A stretch of 64,000 nt of DNA, from NCBI GenBank assembly GCA_017536885.1, contig JAFWCM010000224.1, positions 42,013 through 106,012 of the forward strand, in the 5' to 3' direction. The notes below the pieces were generated by a model, which had not been told where the DNA came from, did not search any database, and saw only the letters and a list, made by a program, of their open reading frames with translations. This DNA comes from Solobacterium sp. (GTDB lineage: Bacteria > Bacillota_I > Bacilli_A > Erysipelotrichales > Erysipelotrichaceae). The translations under genes and the position numbers were made by a program. This document shows, in pieces, positions 1 through 9,864 of this stretch; position 1 is the first letter of the stretch, and every line of letters begins with the position of its first letter.

Positions 1-1341
1 AAAGCAAAGGATGTTCCCCCTGTTGCGATACGCTTCCGCAAGGCCCATCGAAGTCGCCCAGTACCCCATGCCGGAAAGACCTCCGGAGATAAATACCCGC
101 TGATCTTCTTTGACATTCCAGACCTGGGCCACCACCGAACAGGAGCTGCCGGTATCGGCGATTGCGATATCGCCCGGCTTTGCGTGTTTTGTGACGGTAT
201 CGACGAGCAGATAGGAGTTGATCACATCCTTTGTATAATACTTTTCCTGCATGATCGGCCACTGTTCTTTCCATGCTTCACAGGTCTTCACCCAGCCGCC
301 GTGATCCGCCCGGATGCCTTCTTCTTCGATCAGCGCATCTGCCTGACTCAGGAAGTCATGAAGTTCGCCATGGATCGTTTCATCGATTGCAACGCCCCAC
401 TGCACCAGTTCGGTGGGATCGATTTCGATCAGAATCTTGCGCGACTGCTTCGAGAAGTCCTTCACGTTGTATCCGGTGGTATTCGGGGCCAGCCGGCTGC
501 CGAGGACGAGAAGCACATCGCAGGTCTGCAGGGCAAAGTGGCTGGCACGGCTGCCGTGGTTGCCGCAGCGGCCGACAAAGTACTTACTGCCGGTTTCGAT
601 CGTATCGATGCCCATCCGGGAATTGACGACCGGCACATCGAGCGCTTCAATGAAGCGACGGAACAGCTCCGTGCTTTCGGAAAGGCGGACGCCCTGCCCC
701 GCCAGGACTAACGGCCGCTTTGCCTCTTTGAGTTTTGAAATGACACTCTGAATCGTCGCAGAAGAAAGTTCGGGATAGACCGGGGTCTTTTTCACCGGCG
801 GAAAATCACATTCACATCTGGCCGACTGGATGCTTACCGGCACTTCGATGCATACCGGTCCCGGCCGCCCTTCGGAGGCGGTATAAAAGGCGTCGGCGAG
901 AATCTCCGCGGTCTTTGCGGGATCATCGATCAGGTAGTATTTCTTGGTCACCGGCTTCATCAGAAGGTCGGTGCGGACATCCTGGGTGCCGTACTGGCGC
1001 ATGTTGTGCTCGCGCTCAAACTGAACATGGGGAAGGCCGCTGTTGCCGGTGAACAGCACGACCGGCGAGCTGTCCGCATAAGCCTGGGCCATACCGGTTA
1101 CGGCATTGCATAAGGCCGGCCCGTTGGTCACAAAGGCAACCCCGGGCTTTCCGGAGATCCGGGCATAGCCGTCGGCCCCCATCACCGCCGCCTGCTCATG
1201 GTTGGTAAAGGTGAATTTCAGCTGCTTCGCCTGCGAAAGAGCCTTGCAGATCCAAAGCGCCGCTCCGCCGACGATCACATAGGCGTGGTTAATACCCGCC
1301 TCTTCTTCAAGATACTTCACAATATATTCCGATACGTTCAT
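1..1341 (-). CDS. Thiamine-diphosphate-dependent enzyme, acetolactate-synthase-like (partial; C-terminus runs off the window start)
   Basis: Absent from the ORF track because its stop lies outside the window. Manual reverse translation from the ATG at 1341 gives MNVSEYIVKYLEEEAGINHAYVIVGGAALWICKALSQAKQLKFTFTNHEQAAVMGADGYARISGKPG. Near the window edge it reads KPGDIAIADTGSSCSVVAQVWNVKEDQRVFISGGLSGMGY, a ThDP-binding-type region. An AGGAGAAG RBS lies upstream. Confidence 0.7.
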   Translation of the reverse strand, partial: MNVSEYIVKYLEEEAGINHAYVIVGGAALWICKALSQAKQLKFTFTNHEQAAVMGADGYARISGKPGVAFVTNGPALCNAVTGMAQAYADSSPVVLFTGNSGLPHVQFEREHNMRQYGTQDVRTDLLMKPVTKKYYLIDDPAKTAEILADAFYTASEGRPGPVCIEVPVSIQSARCECDFPPVKKTPVYPELSSATIQSVISKLKEAKRPLVLAGQGVRLSESTELFRRFIEALDVPVVNSRMGIDTIETGSKYFVGRCGNHGSRASHFALQTCDVLLVLGSRLAPNTTGYNVKDFSKQSRKILIEIDPTELVQWGVAIDETIHGELHDFLSQADALIEEEGIRADHGGWVKTCEAWKEQWPIMQEKYYTKDVINSYLLVDTVTKHAKPGDIAIADTGSSCSVVAQVWNVKEDQRVFISGGLSGMGYWATSMGLAEAYRNRGNILCF

Positions 1342-1353
1342 AGTCTTCTCCTA

Positions 1354-2064
1354 TCATTTCAGCCAGGAAGGCGACTGTTCCGAAAGCAGCGCCTTGAACA
1401 GCAGCAGGTCTTCCTTTGAAGTAATTTTGAAGTTCAGGTCACTGCCGCGGTTGAACCAGACCTGAAAGCCGCACTCGATCAGCAGGGTGCAGGTTGCGAC
1501 CGAGGCGACGATTCCCTTCTCTTTCGCAAGATCATGAAGCTCGCACATTTCCTTCAACGGCATCGCATGCGGTGTCTGGGTGCGGTAGAGAATTTCGCGG
1601 TCAATGCTTTCGACACTCTGGATCTTGTCCGGTGTCACCAGCATCGCCTCCTTGCAGTCGATCGCGGTAATCGCATTGCCATGTTTGCGGCAGGTTTCGA
1701 TGTTGGAGGTGATCACCTCTTCGGGAAGATACGGCCTTGCGCCGTCGTGCACCAGAACAAGATCGGTGTCCGCATGGGTTTTTCTCACTTCATACAGGAC
1801 GTTCTCTATCGACTCCTGACCGGTCTTACCGCCTTTGATAATCCCCTTGAGCTTGGTGATGCCGAACTGCTGGGCATAGAGATCCATGAATCCCTCCCAG
1901 CCTTCGAGGATCGCAACATAGATCTCATCGATCATCGGGTGGTTCTGAAAGCACTCCAGGGTATAGATAATAATCGGTTTGTCATATACATGAAGAAACT
2001 GCTTCGGTACAAGCTGATGTGTCCGGGTACCGGTGCCGGCAGCGGTGATAATTGCTATATTCAT
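1354..2064 (-). CDS. IspD/TarI-family cytidylyltransferase (CDP-alcohol forming)
   Basis: MNIAIITAAGTGTRT...VLVHDGARPY...RTQTPHAM are typical IspD/TarI motifs. The internal ATG at 2064 is preceded by a GGGAG RBS. The gene lies 12 nt upstream of the ThDP enzyme gene. Confidence 0.75.
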   Translation of the reverse strand: MNIAIITAAGTGTRTHQLVPKQFLHVYDKPIIIYTLECFQNHPMIDEIYVAILEGWEGFMDLYAQQFGITKLKGIIKGGKTGQESIENVLYEVRKTHADTDLVLVHDGARPYLPEEVITSNIETCRKHGNAITAIDCKEAMLVTPDKIQSVESIDREILYRTQTPHAMPLKEMCELHDLAKEKGIVASVATCTLLIECGFQVWFNRGSDLNFKITSKEDLLLFKALLSEQSPSWLK

Positions 2065-2183
2065 AAGGTCACTCCCTGTATTATTATACACATAAGAAGT
2101 TTTCCTTTGAGGAAGCTCGGGGAGAATGCATTCTGCCTCTTCGGTCCCGAAAGGGAAACCACGGAAACTGCGGGAGATTTTTT

Positions 2184-2741
2184 ATGGATAAAACGCTTTT
2201 GAGGACCCTGTACTGGGATATGAAAGTACGGGACGGATGTCAGGATGATATTGATTCCCTCTCCGAGGCAGAGAAGGAAGCCTATATCAGAAAAGAACTG
2301 CGGAAAATGCTTCACAACAAGGAAGAACGGCTTTTCCGGCTGACGTACTGGATGCGGATGCGGCAGTTCTATCCCCGCAGCAGCCCCAAATGGCTTGCGG
2401 CAACGGCGATGTACAAAAGGGAACTGCAGAAATACCCGATCCGCATCGACTGCAATCCCGGCGAAGGATTTCACATCGTTCATCCCAGCTTCATGTATCT
2501 CAATGCGGAGAAAATCGGTTCGTTTTTCACCGTATATCAGGGGGTCACCCTCGGGGTGGATAAAACCGGCGGAAAGCCCGTGATCGGTGATCATGTAACG
2601 GTGTATACCAACGCCGTGATCAGCGGTCCGGTCAAGATCGGAGACGGCTGCGTCATCGGTGCCAATGCCTTTGTCAACCGGGATCTCCCCCCCAACACCA
2701 TCGCGATTGCGGGAGACACCATCTTCAAAACCAGAAAATAG
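2184..2741 (+). CDS. Hexapeptide-repeat O-acetyltransferase, serine-acetyltransferase (CysE/EpsC)-like
   Basis: The C-terminal left-handed beta-helix repeats read VYQGVTLGVDKTGGKPVIGDHVTVYTNAVISGPVKIGDGCVIGANAFVNRDLP. Confidence 0.7.
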   Translation: MDKTLLRTLYWDMKVRDGCQDDIDSLSEAEKEAYIRKELRKMLHNKEERLFRLTYWMRMRQFYPRSSPKWLAATAMYKRELQKYPIRIDCNPGEGFHIVHPSFMYLNAEKIGSFFTVYQGVTLGVDKTGGKPVIGDHVTVYTNAVISGPVKIGDGCVIGANAFVNRDLPPNTIAIAGDTIFKTRK

Positions 2742-2797
2742 AAAAAACGCATCGGAATTTCCGGTGCGTTTGTTTGTTCAAAGATCAATGCCCGGGA
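2741..2797. repeat. Direct repeat copy 1 (~57 nt), similar to the groEL 3' end plus terminator
   Basis: Hand alignment to 4118-4175: 30/31 identical over the hairpin core, then about 19/26 with one gap. Confidence 0.6.
2742..2778. terminator. Bidirectional intrinsic terminator hairpin (copy 1 of a duplicated module)
   Basis: AAAAAA-ACGCATCGG-aattt-CCGGTGCGT-TTTGTTTGTT: a 9-bp stem (one G-U pair) flanked by an A-run and a T-run. It sits between the convergent acetyltransferase and the DUF3089 pseudogene. Confidence 0.6.
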
Positions 2798-3833
2798 TGA
2801 CAGGACCTCTCATTGAAATCCGCTGGCATCCGTTTTCTCCCGGGGATGATCCCTTGTCCTGCGGAGAGAACACGTAATTTTTGAACCAGGTTTCGGCTCT
2901 CAGAAGTGCATTTTCGCGGATGTTCAGATGAAAGAAGGAATAATCACATCCGTGATAGCTTGCCGGGCCGAACACTTTTTCGAGATTCTGCATGCCGGTC
3001 AGAGCCGTGATGGTATATTTCTCAAATGCAGGGTTCATGACCATTACGGTTCCTCTTTCCCGGTCGATTACGGCATCCGCTTTGATCGGCAATTCGTCCA
3101 TCCCCGGGGTGAGAAGGTGAGGCACAAAGGAACCGAGATTCTGCTGTGCATCTGCGGGAGTTTCATCAACACACCAGTTAAGAGGTTTGATGGATATCGC
3201 TCCGGGAGAAACCACCAGCGAATCCCTTCCCTTATTCGCAGGTCCTTCCGTGTTCCAGGAAACAACGACACCCAGATCGTCTGCCCTTTAACCTGCTTTT
3301 ACATGCGGGTTGTTTTTCAGATACGTAACGGTCAGAGAATCCCCGATGCAGTAAGCGGCGATCATTCTCGAATAGTACTCCGGGTGTTCTTTCATATATT
3401 CCGAAAACACCATGAAGCTTAACCGCGATCCCTGCGAATGACCGGCAAGGAAATACGGACGTCCCTGATTCAGATTCTCAAAATAGTAATCCATTGCCGC
3501 GTAAACATCCGTTCTCGGCTCTGCCCATTCAGCCTCATCGATCTCTTCGAAGCTCATTCCGGAAAGCTTCGCACCATTCACCTGCCGCCAGTACGGAGCG
3601 AACAGATTGGCGACCGGTTCAAATGCACTGGCCTGCTGGGCGAAATTGCGTTTTGCCGTAATCCGCATAATGACGTTGTCAACGGAACAGATGATATCCG
3701 CCAGAGGAACCTCTCAGCTGGACGGATAAAGATAAACCAGGTCCGCTGCTTTGTCTATGGTTTCCGGCAGAGAAAGCCAGTTTCGTTTCTGTGAATAATC
3801 TGATGGTGTTCCGGCAAATGGTTTCTGAACCAT
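2778..3833 (-). pseudogene. DUF3089-type alpha/beta hydrolase (lipase-like) interrupted by two in-frame stop codons
   Basis: A single 352-codon frame runs from the ATG at 3833 to the stop at 2778. It contains an in-frame TGA at 3714-3716 (..LVYLYPSS*EVPLADII..) and an in-frame TAA at 3288-3290 (..NNPHVKAG*RADDLGVVVSWNTEG..). The nucleophile elbow FLAGHSQGS is present. Frame continuity was checked arithmetically from the coordinates. Confidence 0.7.
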
Positions 3834-4117
3834 ATTCTTCATCCTTCCCTTCTGCATAAATTATCCGGCTGTCTCAGAGGTTCAGCCGGTCCCTCATCCC
3901 AATCGGCAGAGCCATGCATTAATTTTCATACTCTGATTCTGCCATTCAGATTCCTCCGCAGTCCGGATTGCAGAGGGCTGCCTTCAGGTTCATCAGCCTC
4001 AGAATGAGCGGTATTCCATGCAGAAAGATCATTCCGGACATTGCCATGACTGCATGGATCCGCTTCTTCCCGGCGGAACCCATGAAGAGGTTTTTGCGCA
4101 TTCCTCAAAGTACCGAA

Positions 4118-5785
<1,668 letters not shown>

Positions 5786-5801
5786 CTATCCTTCTTTCTG
5801 A

Positions 5802-6086
5802 TTACTCTACCGTTGCCAGAATATCTTCTTCGCTGATGAGCAGATAATCCTTCTTATCCACGGTAACTTCTGTTCCGGAATACTTCTTGTAAATCACTCT
5901 CTGACCCTTCTTGAGATCGATCGCGACCAGCTTGCCGTCAATGTAACTGCCGGGACCGACCGCAATGACTTCACCCATGCTGGGGGCATCCTTCGCTTCT
6001 CCCGTTGTCAGGAGAATACCGGACTTTGTCTTGACTTCTTCTTTGACCTTTTCAAGGACAACATAATTGTGCAATGGCTTTAACAT
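5802..6086 (-). CDS. groS: Co-chaperonin GroES (Cpn10)
   Basis: MLKPLHNYVVLEKVKEEVKTKSGILLTTGEAKD...GEVIAVGPG. The ATG at 6086 is preceded by GGAGG with an 8-nt spacer. The track start at 6101 overlaps the RBS. Confidence 0.95.
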   Translation of the reverse strand: MLKPLHNYVVLEKVKEEVKTKSGILLTTGEAKDAPSMGEVIAVGPGSYIDGKLVAIDLKKGQRVIYKKYSGTEVTVDKKDYLLISEEDILATVE

Positions 6087-6105
6087 GTATTTAACCTCCA
6101 TCTGT

Positions 6106-6132
6106 TTAGCACTCGGACGTCTTTTGTGCTAA
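6106..6132. promoter_or_regulatory. CIRCE (HrcA operator) element, promoter-proximal
   Basis: TTAGCACTC-N9-TTGTGCTAA versus the consensus TTAGCACTC-N9-GAGTGCTAA. It lies between the -10 box and the groES RBS. Confidence 0.8.
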
Positions 6133-6144
6133 CATCCACTAGTC

Positions 6145-6172
6145 ATTATATTTGTTTACGATTTAAAGTCAA
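6145..6172 (-). promoter_or_regulatory. SigA-type promoter of groES-groEL
   Basis: The minus strand reads TTGACT-16 nt-TATAAT (-35 at 6167-6172, -10 at 6145-6150). Confidence 0.7.
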
Positions 6173-6179
6173 CAGGCTT

Positions 6180-6206
6180 TTAGCACTCTTTTGTTTTAAG
6201 TGCTAA
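6180..6206. promoter_or_regulatory. Second CIRCE element, upstream of the -35 box
   Basis: TTAGCACTC-N9-AAGTGCTAA. Confidence 0.75.
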
Positions 6207-6360
6207 TCCCGGCGTCTTCCCTCTTCCATCCCCGGGCATGCGGGAATCAGTCTCTTCCTCTTTGCCGGCCGGTCACCGCTTCTTCGCCTTTTTTCTTCTT
6301 TTCGTTTTTCTGTGTAGGAAATCATGGACCTTCCCATGCTTTGTACTATACTTGTGTGGT

Positions 6361-8313
6361 ATGAAAAAACGACTTTCTCCCGCAAAAGGGTTCGCATTCC
6401 TCTATTTTTCCGCAGCTTTCTTTTTTCTTTTTATGACCGATGTCAACGCCTATATCGATCCGTCGGTCATGACCTATGCGATTCAGGCGATCGCCGGCAT
6501 TGCGATTGCCCTCGGTACGGTATTCGGCATTTACTGGCGGAAGATCCGATCGGTGCTGTTTCATGACAGTTTTGATCAGAAGATCCGTGAATCGGACAAT
6601 CTGGAGTTCCGCGATCCCGCCTCTTCGGAAATACGTGCCCTGCACTTCAGTGAACAGACAGCGCAGAAGGAAGAGAAAAAACCATTCCGGGAATTCCCTG
6701 CGGCGGTGATGCTTTCCGTCGCGATGGGATTCATGCTTTGTTTCTATACGCCGCTGGAAATCTATTTCACGAACATCTTCGAGTTTGAATATGACGTCTA
6801 TGCGATCTTCCGGTATATCCTTCTGCTGTTTCTGATCGTCACCTCCGTATTGATCTCCGGGTTCTTCCTGGTCCGGCTGATTTCGAAGAAGCTGTTCTTC
6901 GGATGCGTGGTTCTGGGGCTGATCGCATTTCTCGCCTTTTACATTCAGGGCAATTTCCTGATCGGGGATCTGCCGCCTTCCGACGGCACCGAGGTCGACT
7001 GGTCGATGTTCCGTGCCCAGGAGATGCAGTCGCTGATTCTCTGGATTGCAGTGACAGCTGCCGTGATCCTGTTTGCGGTGGTATTGAAGCGGAAGAAGTT
7101 TCTGAATTTCACGAAGTTCATCACCTCCGCAATCACCGCCGTGCTGGCCGTCACCCTGGTCATCGTCTGCGTAAGAAACAACGGCCTGCAGCGCAAGACC
7201 CAGTTATGCATCAGCCATGAAGGCCTTGCGGAAATGTCCTCCGACAAAAACTTCGTGATCTTTGTCGTGGATGCGGTCGACTCGAAGACCTTCGCAGATC
7301 TCATGAACAGTGAAGACCCTTATTTCGCCGATGTGTTCGAGGACTTCACCTACTATCCCGATACATTGGCCGTCTATCCTTTTACGGTGCTTGCGGTGCC
7401 CCACATCCTTACCGGCGAGCGGTATCTCTGCCAGGATGAATTCCGCTCCTACTATACCGGGGCGATGAAGCAGTCGCCGATTCTCAGACGGCTGAAAAAC
7501 GAGAACTATGTAAGAGCGATCTACGATGTACAGGATGTCGTATTCGAGGATCCCGAATTCTTCGAATACGAAAACATCTTTGAGCGGCCCTATGGCCTTG
7601 GCAGCGCGAAGACCTTCATGCTGGATGAGCTGCGGATGGCGTTCTTCCTCTATATGCCCTATCAGCTCAAGCGCTATGAGCCCTACGCATTGTTCAACCT
7701 GCAGAATGAAAAAGCGGCCGAGTATTATTACCAGTGGTATGATCCCTGGTTCTACGATTATTTCGATGACCATAAGGTCGAGGTAAAACCGGAAAAGCGG
7801 TTCCGCTACATTCACATTGAAGGCGCTCATCCTCCCTATCGCTACAACCGGGATCTTGAGGATGTCGAAGACACCGATGAAGCTTCCTATGAAGCCAATG
7901 TCGAGGCATGCGTCACGGTGCTGGAAAAATACCTGCAGTCTCTGAAGGATTCCGGCACCTATGACAACAGCGCCGTGATCATCCTCGCGGATCACGGATA
8001 TGCGGACAAGGTCCACAGCAGCGGAAGACAGAATCCTCTGCTTCTGATCAAAGGATTCAATGAAAAGCATGCGATGCTTACTTCCGATGCGGCGATCGGC
8101 TACGATGATCTGCAGGAGATCTATCAGAATCTGCTCGACGGAAAAAGCGGCGAAGCAGTCCTTCCGGAAAATACCGGGCCGGAGCGCTCCCGCAGCTACA
8201 TCCAGTTTGAATATGATGATCTGAATCATCTTACCGAACTTGAGCTCACCGGGGCCAAGGCGGATGACTTCGAAGCACTGAAGCCCACCGGAAAAACATA
8301 TTCCAGAGAATGA
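6361..8313 (+). CDS. LtaS/EptA-like sulfatase-fold membrane phosphotransferase, paralog 1
   Basis: N-terminus: MKKRLSPAKGFAFLYFSAAFFFLFMTDVNA-YIDPSVMTYAIQAIAGIAIALGT, followed by multiple TM segments. Extracytoplasmic domain motifs: NFVIFVVDAVDS, YPFTVLAVPHILTGE and IILADHGY, NPLLLIKGF. The start was chosen by alignment to the three paralogs. Confidence 0.8.
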   Translation: MKKRLSPAKGFAFLYFSAAFFFLFMTDVNAYIDPSVMTYAIQAIAGIAIALGTVFGIYWRKIRSVLFHDSFDQKIRESDNLEFRDPASSEIRALHFSEQTAQKEEKKPFREFPAAVMLSVAMGFMLCFYTPLEIYFTNIFEFEYDVYAIFRYILLLFLIVTSVLISGFFLVRLISKKLFFGCVVLGLIAFLAFYIQGNFLIGDLPPSDGTEVDWSMFRAQEMQSLILWIAVTAAVILFAVVLKRKKFLNFTKFITSAITAVLAVTLVIVCVRNNGLQRKTQLCISHEGLAEMSSDKNFVIFVVDAVDSKTFADLMNSEDPYFADVFEDFTYYPDTLAVYPFTVLAVPHILTGERYLCQDEFRSYYTGAMKQSPILRRLKNENYVRAIYDVQDVVFEDPEFFEYENIFERPYGLGSAKTFMLDELRMAFFLYMPYQLKRYEPYALFNLQNEKAAEYYYQWYDPWFYDYFDDHKVEVKPEKRFRYIHIEGAHPPYRYNRDLEDVEDTDEASYEANVEACVTVLEKYLQSLKDSGTYDNSAVIILADHGYADKVHSSGRQNPLLLIKGFNEKHAMLTSDAAIGYDDLQEIYQNLLDGKSGEAVLPENTGPERSRSYIQFEYDDLNHLTELELTGAKADDFEALKPTGKTYSRE

Positions 8314-8322
8314 TCCATGCAC

Positions 8323-8350
8323 AGGGGCTGTGATCCGCAGCCCCTTTTAT
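8323..8350 (+). terminator. Intrinsic terminator after LtaS-like paralog 1
   Basis: AGGGGCTG-tgatccg-CAGCCCCT followed by TTTT. Confidence 0.5.
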
Positions 8351-8480
8351 GATGTTGTCTTCTGAACGCTTTGACGGGGCAAAGCATACCGGAGTTTTCC
8401 CGCGGAAAGCGGATGCCGGGAGTTCAGCGTTTCTGCAATCCTTCGGACAATGCCGGAAAGAAGAGAGATTTTCACGGACG

Positions 8481-8524
8481 AAAAAAGGGCTGCAGCGTAT
8501 GGATTTCCTTCGGGAAACCAGCCC
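8481..8524 (-). terminator. Candidate intrinsic terminator after the PEP mutase 1 operon
   Basis: The minus strand reads GGGCTGGTTTCCCGAAGGAAATCCATACGCTGCAGCCC followed by TTTTTT (nested stems). Confidence 0.45.
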
Positions 8525-8554
8525 GGCCGCTGCGGCTCTTCTTTATTTGCGGAA

Positions 8555-9850
8555 TTACAGCTCGTCGATCAGGGTGATGATCTCTTTGATCGGAAGAAGA
8601 CGGTCATCCACTTCCTTGGCACGATGGTATTTCAGGATATCGCGGGCGGTTTCCTGCATCGCCGGGAAGGCGCTTCTCGTCAGCTGATTTGCGTAGATGA
8701 CAATGTTCACCCCGTGCTCTGAAAGCTCTTCTTCGGTAATCGTATTGAAGCTGCTCGGAACCACGACGATCGGGGTTTTCTGATCCGTTCTGCGGAACTC
8801 ATCACAGAACGCGAGGATTTCCGCCGGATCTTTCTTCCGGGAATGAATCATGATGCCGTCGGCACCCGCTTCCACATAGGCGCGGCATCTCTTCAGTGCG
8901 TCTTCCATCCCCTGCTCGAGGATCAGGGATTCACATCTGGCGATGATCATGAAATCATCCGTCAGCTGCGCCTCCTTGCCGGCTTTGATCTTGGCGGAGA
9001 ACTCTTCGATATCCGCCTGCGTCTGTTCCACCTCGGTGCCGAACAGGCTGTTTTTCTTAAGCCCCTTCTTGTCTTCGATGATGACGGCGGAGACTCCCAT
9101 TCTTTCGAGAGTTCTGACGTTGTATACGAAATGTTCCGCAAGACCTCCGGTATCGCCGTCGAGGATGATCGGCTTGGTGGTCACTTCCATGATGTCATCG
9201 ATCGTACGCAGCCGCGAGCTCATGTCCACCAGCTCGATATCCGGCTTGCCCTTGGCGGTGGAATCGCAGAGTGAGCTCACCCACATCGCATCAAACTGAT
9301 CCAGACGGCCGTCATGTTCGACAATCGTCTTCTCGACGATCAGACCGGTGAGGCCGCTGTGGGCCTCCATGACCTTGACGATCGGCGTCATTTCAATCAG
9401 CTGTCTCAGCCGCTTTCTGCGGTATTCGGGCATCGAAAGCTTTTCGATCAGCTGCCGGTCGATTTTCTTCACGGCCGGATTATAGGTATATCCCACTTCA
9501 ATCAGCTCGCCGCCGTACGTTTTCAGAAGGTTCAGCACATTCTCGCGGATCGCGGATTCGGGCCCTTCTCTCCAGTTGTCGCCATGGATGACATAGTCGG
9601 GCTTCAGCTGTTCGATCACATGGTCATACATGATGTCATCCTGTACGATGACCTCATCCACACCCTCGAGATTCTCATACATCCGGACTCTTTCCTCCAG
9701 CGGCACCGTCGGAAAGCGGTTGAACCGGATCGCCGCCTTGTCGCTTAAGGCGCCGACTACGACGCGGCCGTATTTCTCTGCCTCTTTGATGATGTTCTTA
9801 TGTCCCTCATGGATTACGTCCGTACAGAACACGGTATACACTGTCTTCAT
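8555..9850 (-). CDS. aepX: Cytidylyltransferase (HxGH type)-phosphoenolpyruvate mutase fusion, copy 1
   Basis: N-terminal domain: MKTVYTVFCTDVIHEGHKNII...HGDNWREG. Mutase domain: AMWVSSLCDS, ILDGDTGG, VIIEDKKGLKKNSLFG, IIARCES. The ATG at 9850 is preceded by a GAGGGGGA RBS. Confidence 0.9.
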   Translation of the reverse strand: MKTVYTVFCTDVIHEGHKNIIKEAEKYGRVVVGALSDKAAIRFNRFPTVPLEERVRMYENLEGVDEVIVQDDIMYDHVIEQLKPDYVIHGDNWREGPESAIRENVLNLLKTYGGELIEVGYTYNPAVKKIDRQLIEKLSMPEYRRKRLRQLIEMTPIVKVMEAHSGLTGLIVEKTIVEHDGRLDQFDAMWVSSLCDSTAKGKPDIELVDMSSRLRTIDDIMEVTTKPIILDGDTGGLAEHFVYNVRTLERMGVSAVIIEDKKGLKKNSLFGTEVEQTQADIEEFSAKIKAGKEAQLTDDFMIIARCESLILEQGMEDALKRCRAYVEAGADGIMIHSRKKDPAEILAFCDEFRRTDQKTPIVVVPSSFNTITEEELSEHGVNIVIYANQLTRSAFPAMQETARDILKYHRAKEVDDRLLPIKEIITLIDEL

Positions 9851-9864
9851 ATTCTCAGTCCCCC

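Noticed and set aside
3288-3716. Possibility that the in-frame TGA and TAA in the DUF3089 gene reflect an alternative genetic code or programmed recoding.
   Set aside because: TGA is used as a genuine stop by many well-supported genes here, for example 8311-8313, 9865-9867, 28975-28977 and 62505-62507. TAA is used as a stop by groEL. Trp is encoded by TGG throughout. Two different stop codons in one gene fit decay better.
3834-4117. A 284-nt untranslated region upstream of the DUF3089 pseudogene, with small hairpins (for example GGTTCCGCC..GCGGATCC), considered as a possible riboswitch or sRNA.
   Set aside because: I could not match it to any riboswitch consensus I know. The stems are short and imperfect. 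It is probably just the decaying 5' region of a dead gene.
6238-6360. N-terminal extensions offered by the ORF track: 6238 for LtaS-like 1, 14188 for LtaS-like 2, 40101 for LtaS-like 3, 29801 for Wzx 1, 55450 for Wzx 2, 38201 for GT-C-like 1 and 9904, 11088 and 59911 for other genes.
   Set aside because: The extensions overlap neighbouring genes or lack similarity among paralogs. The internal starts have RBSs and align with paralog or family N-termini.
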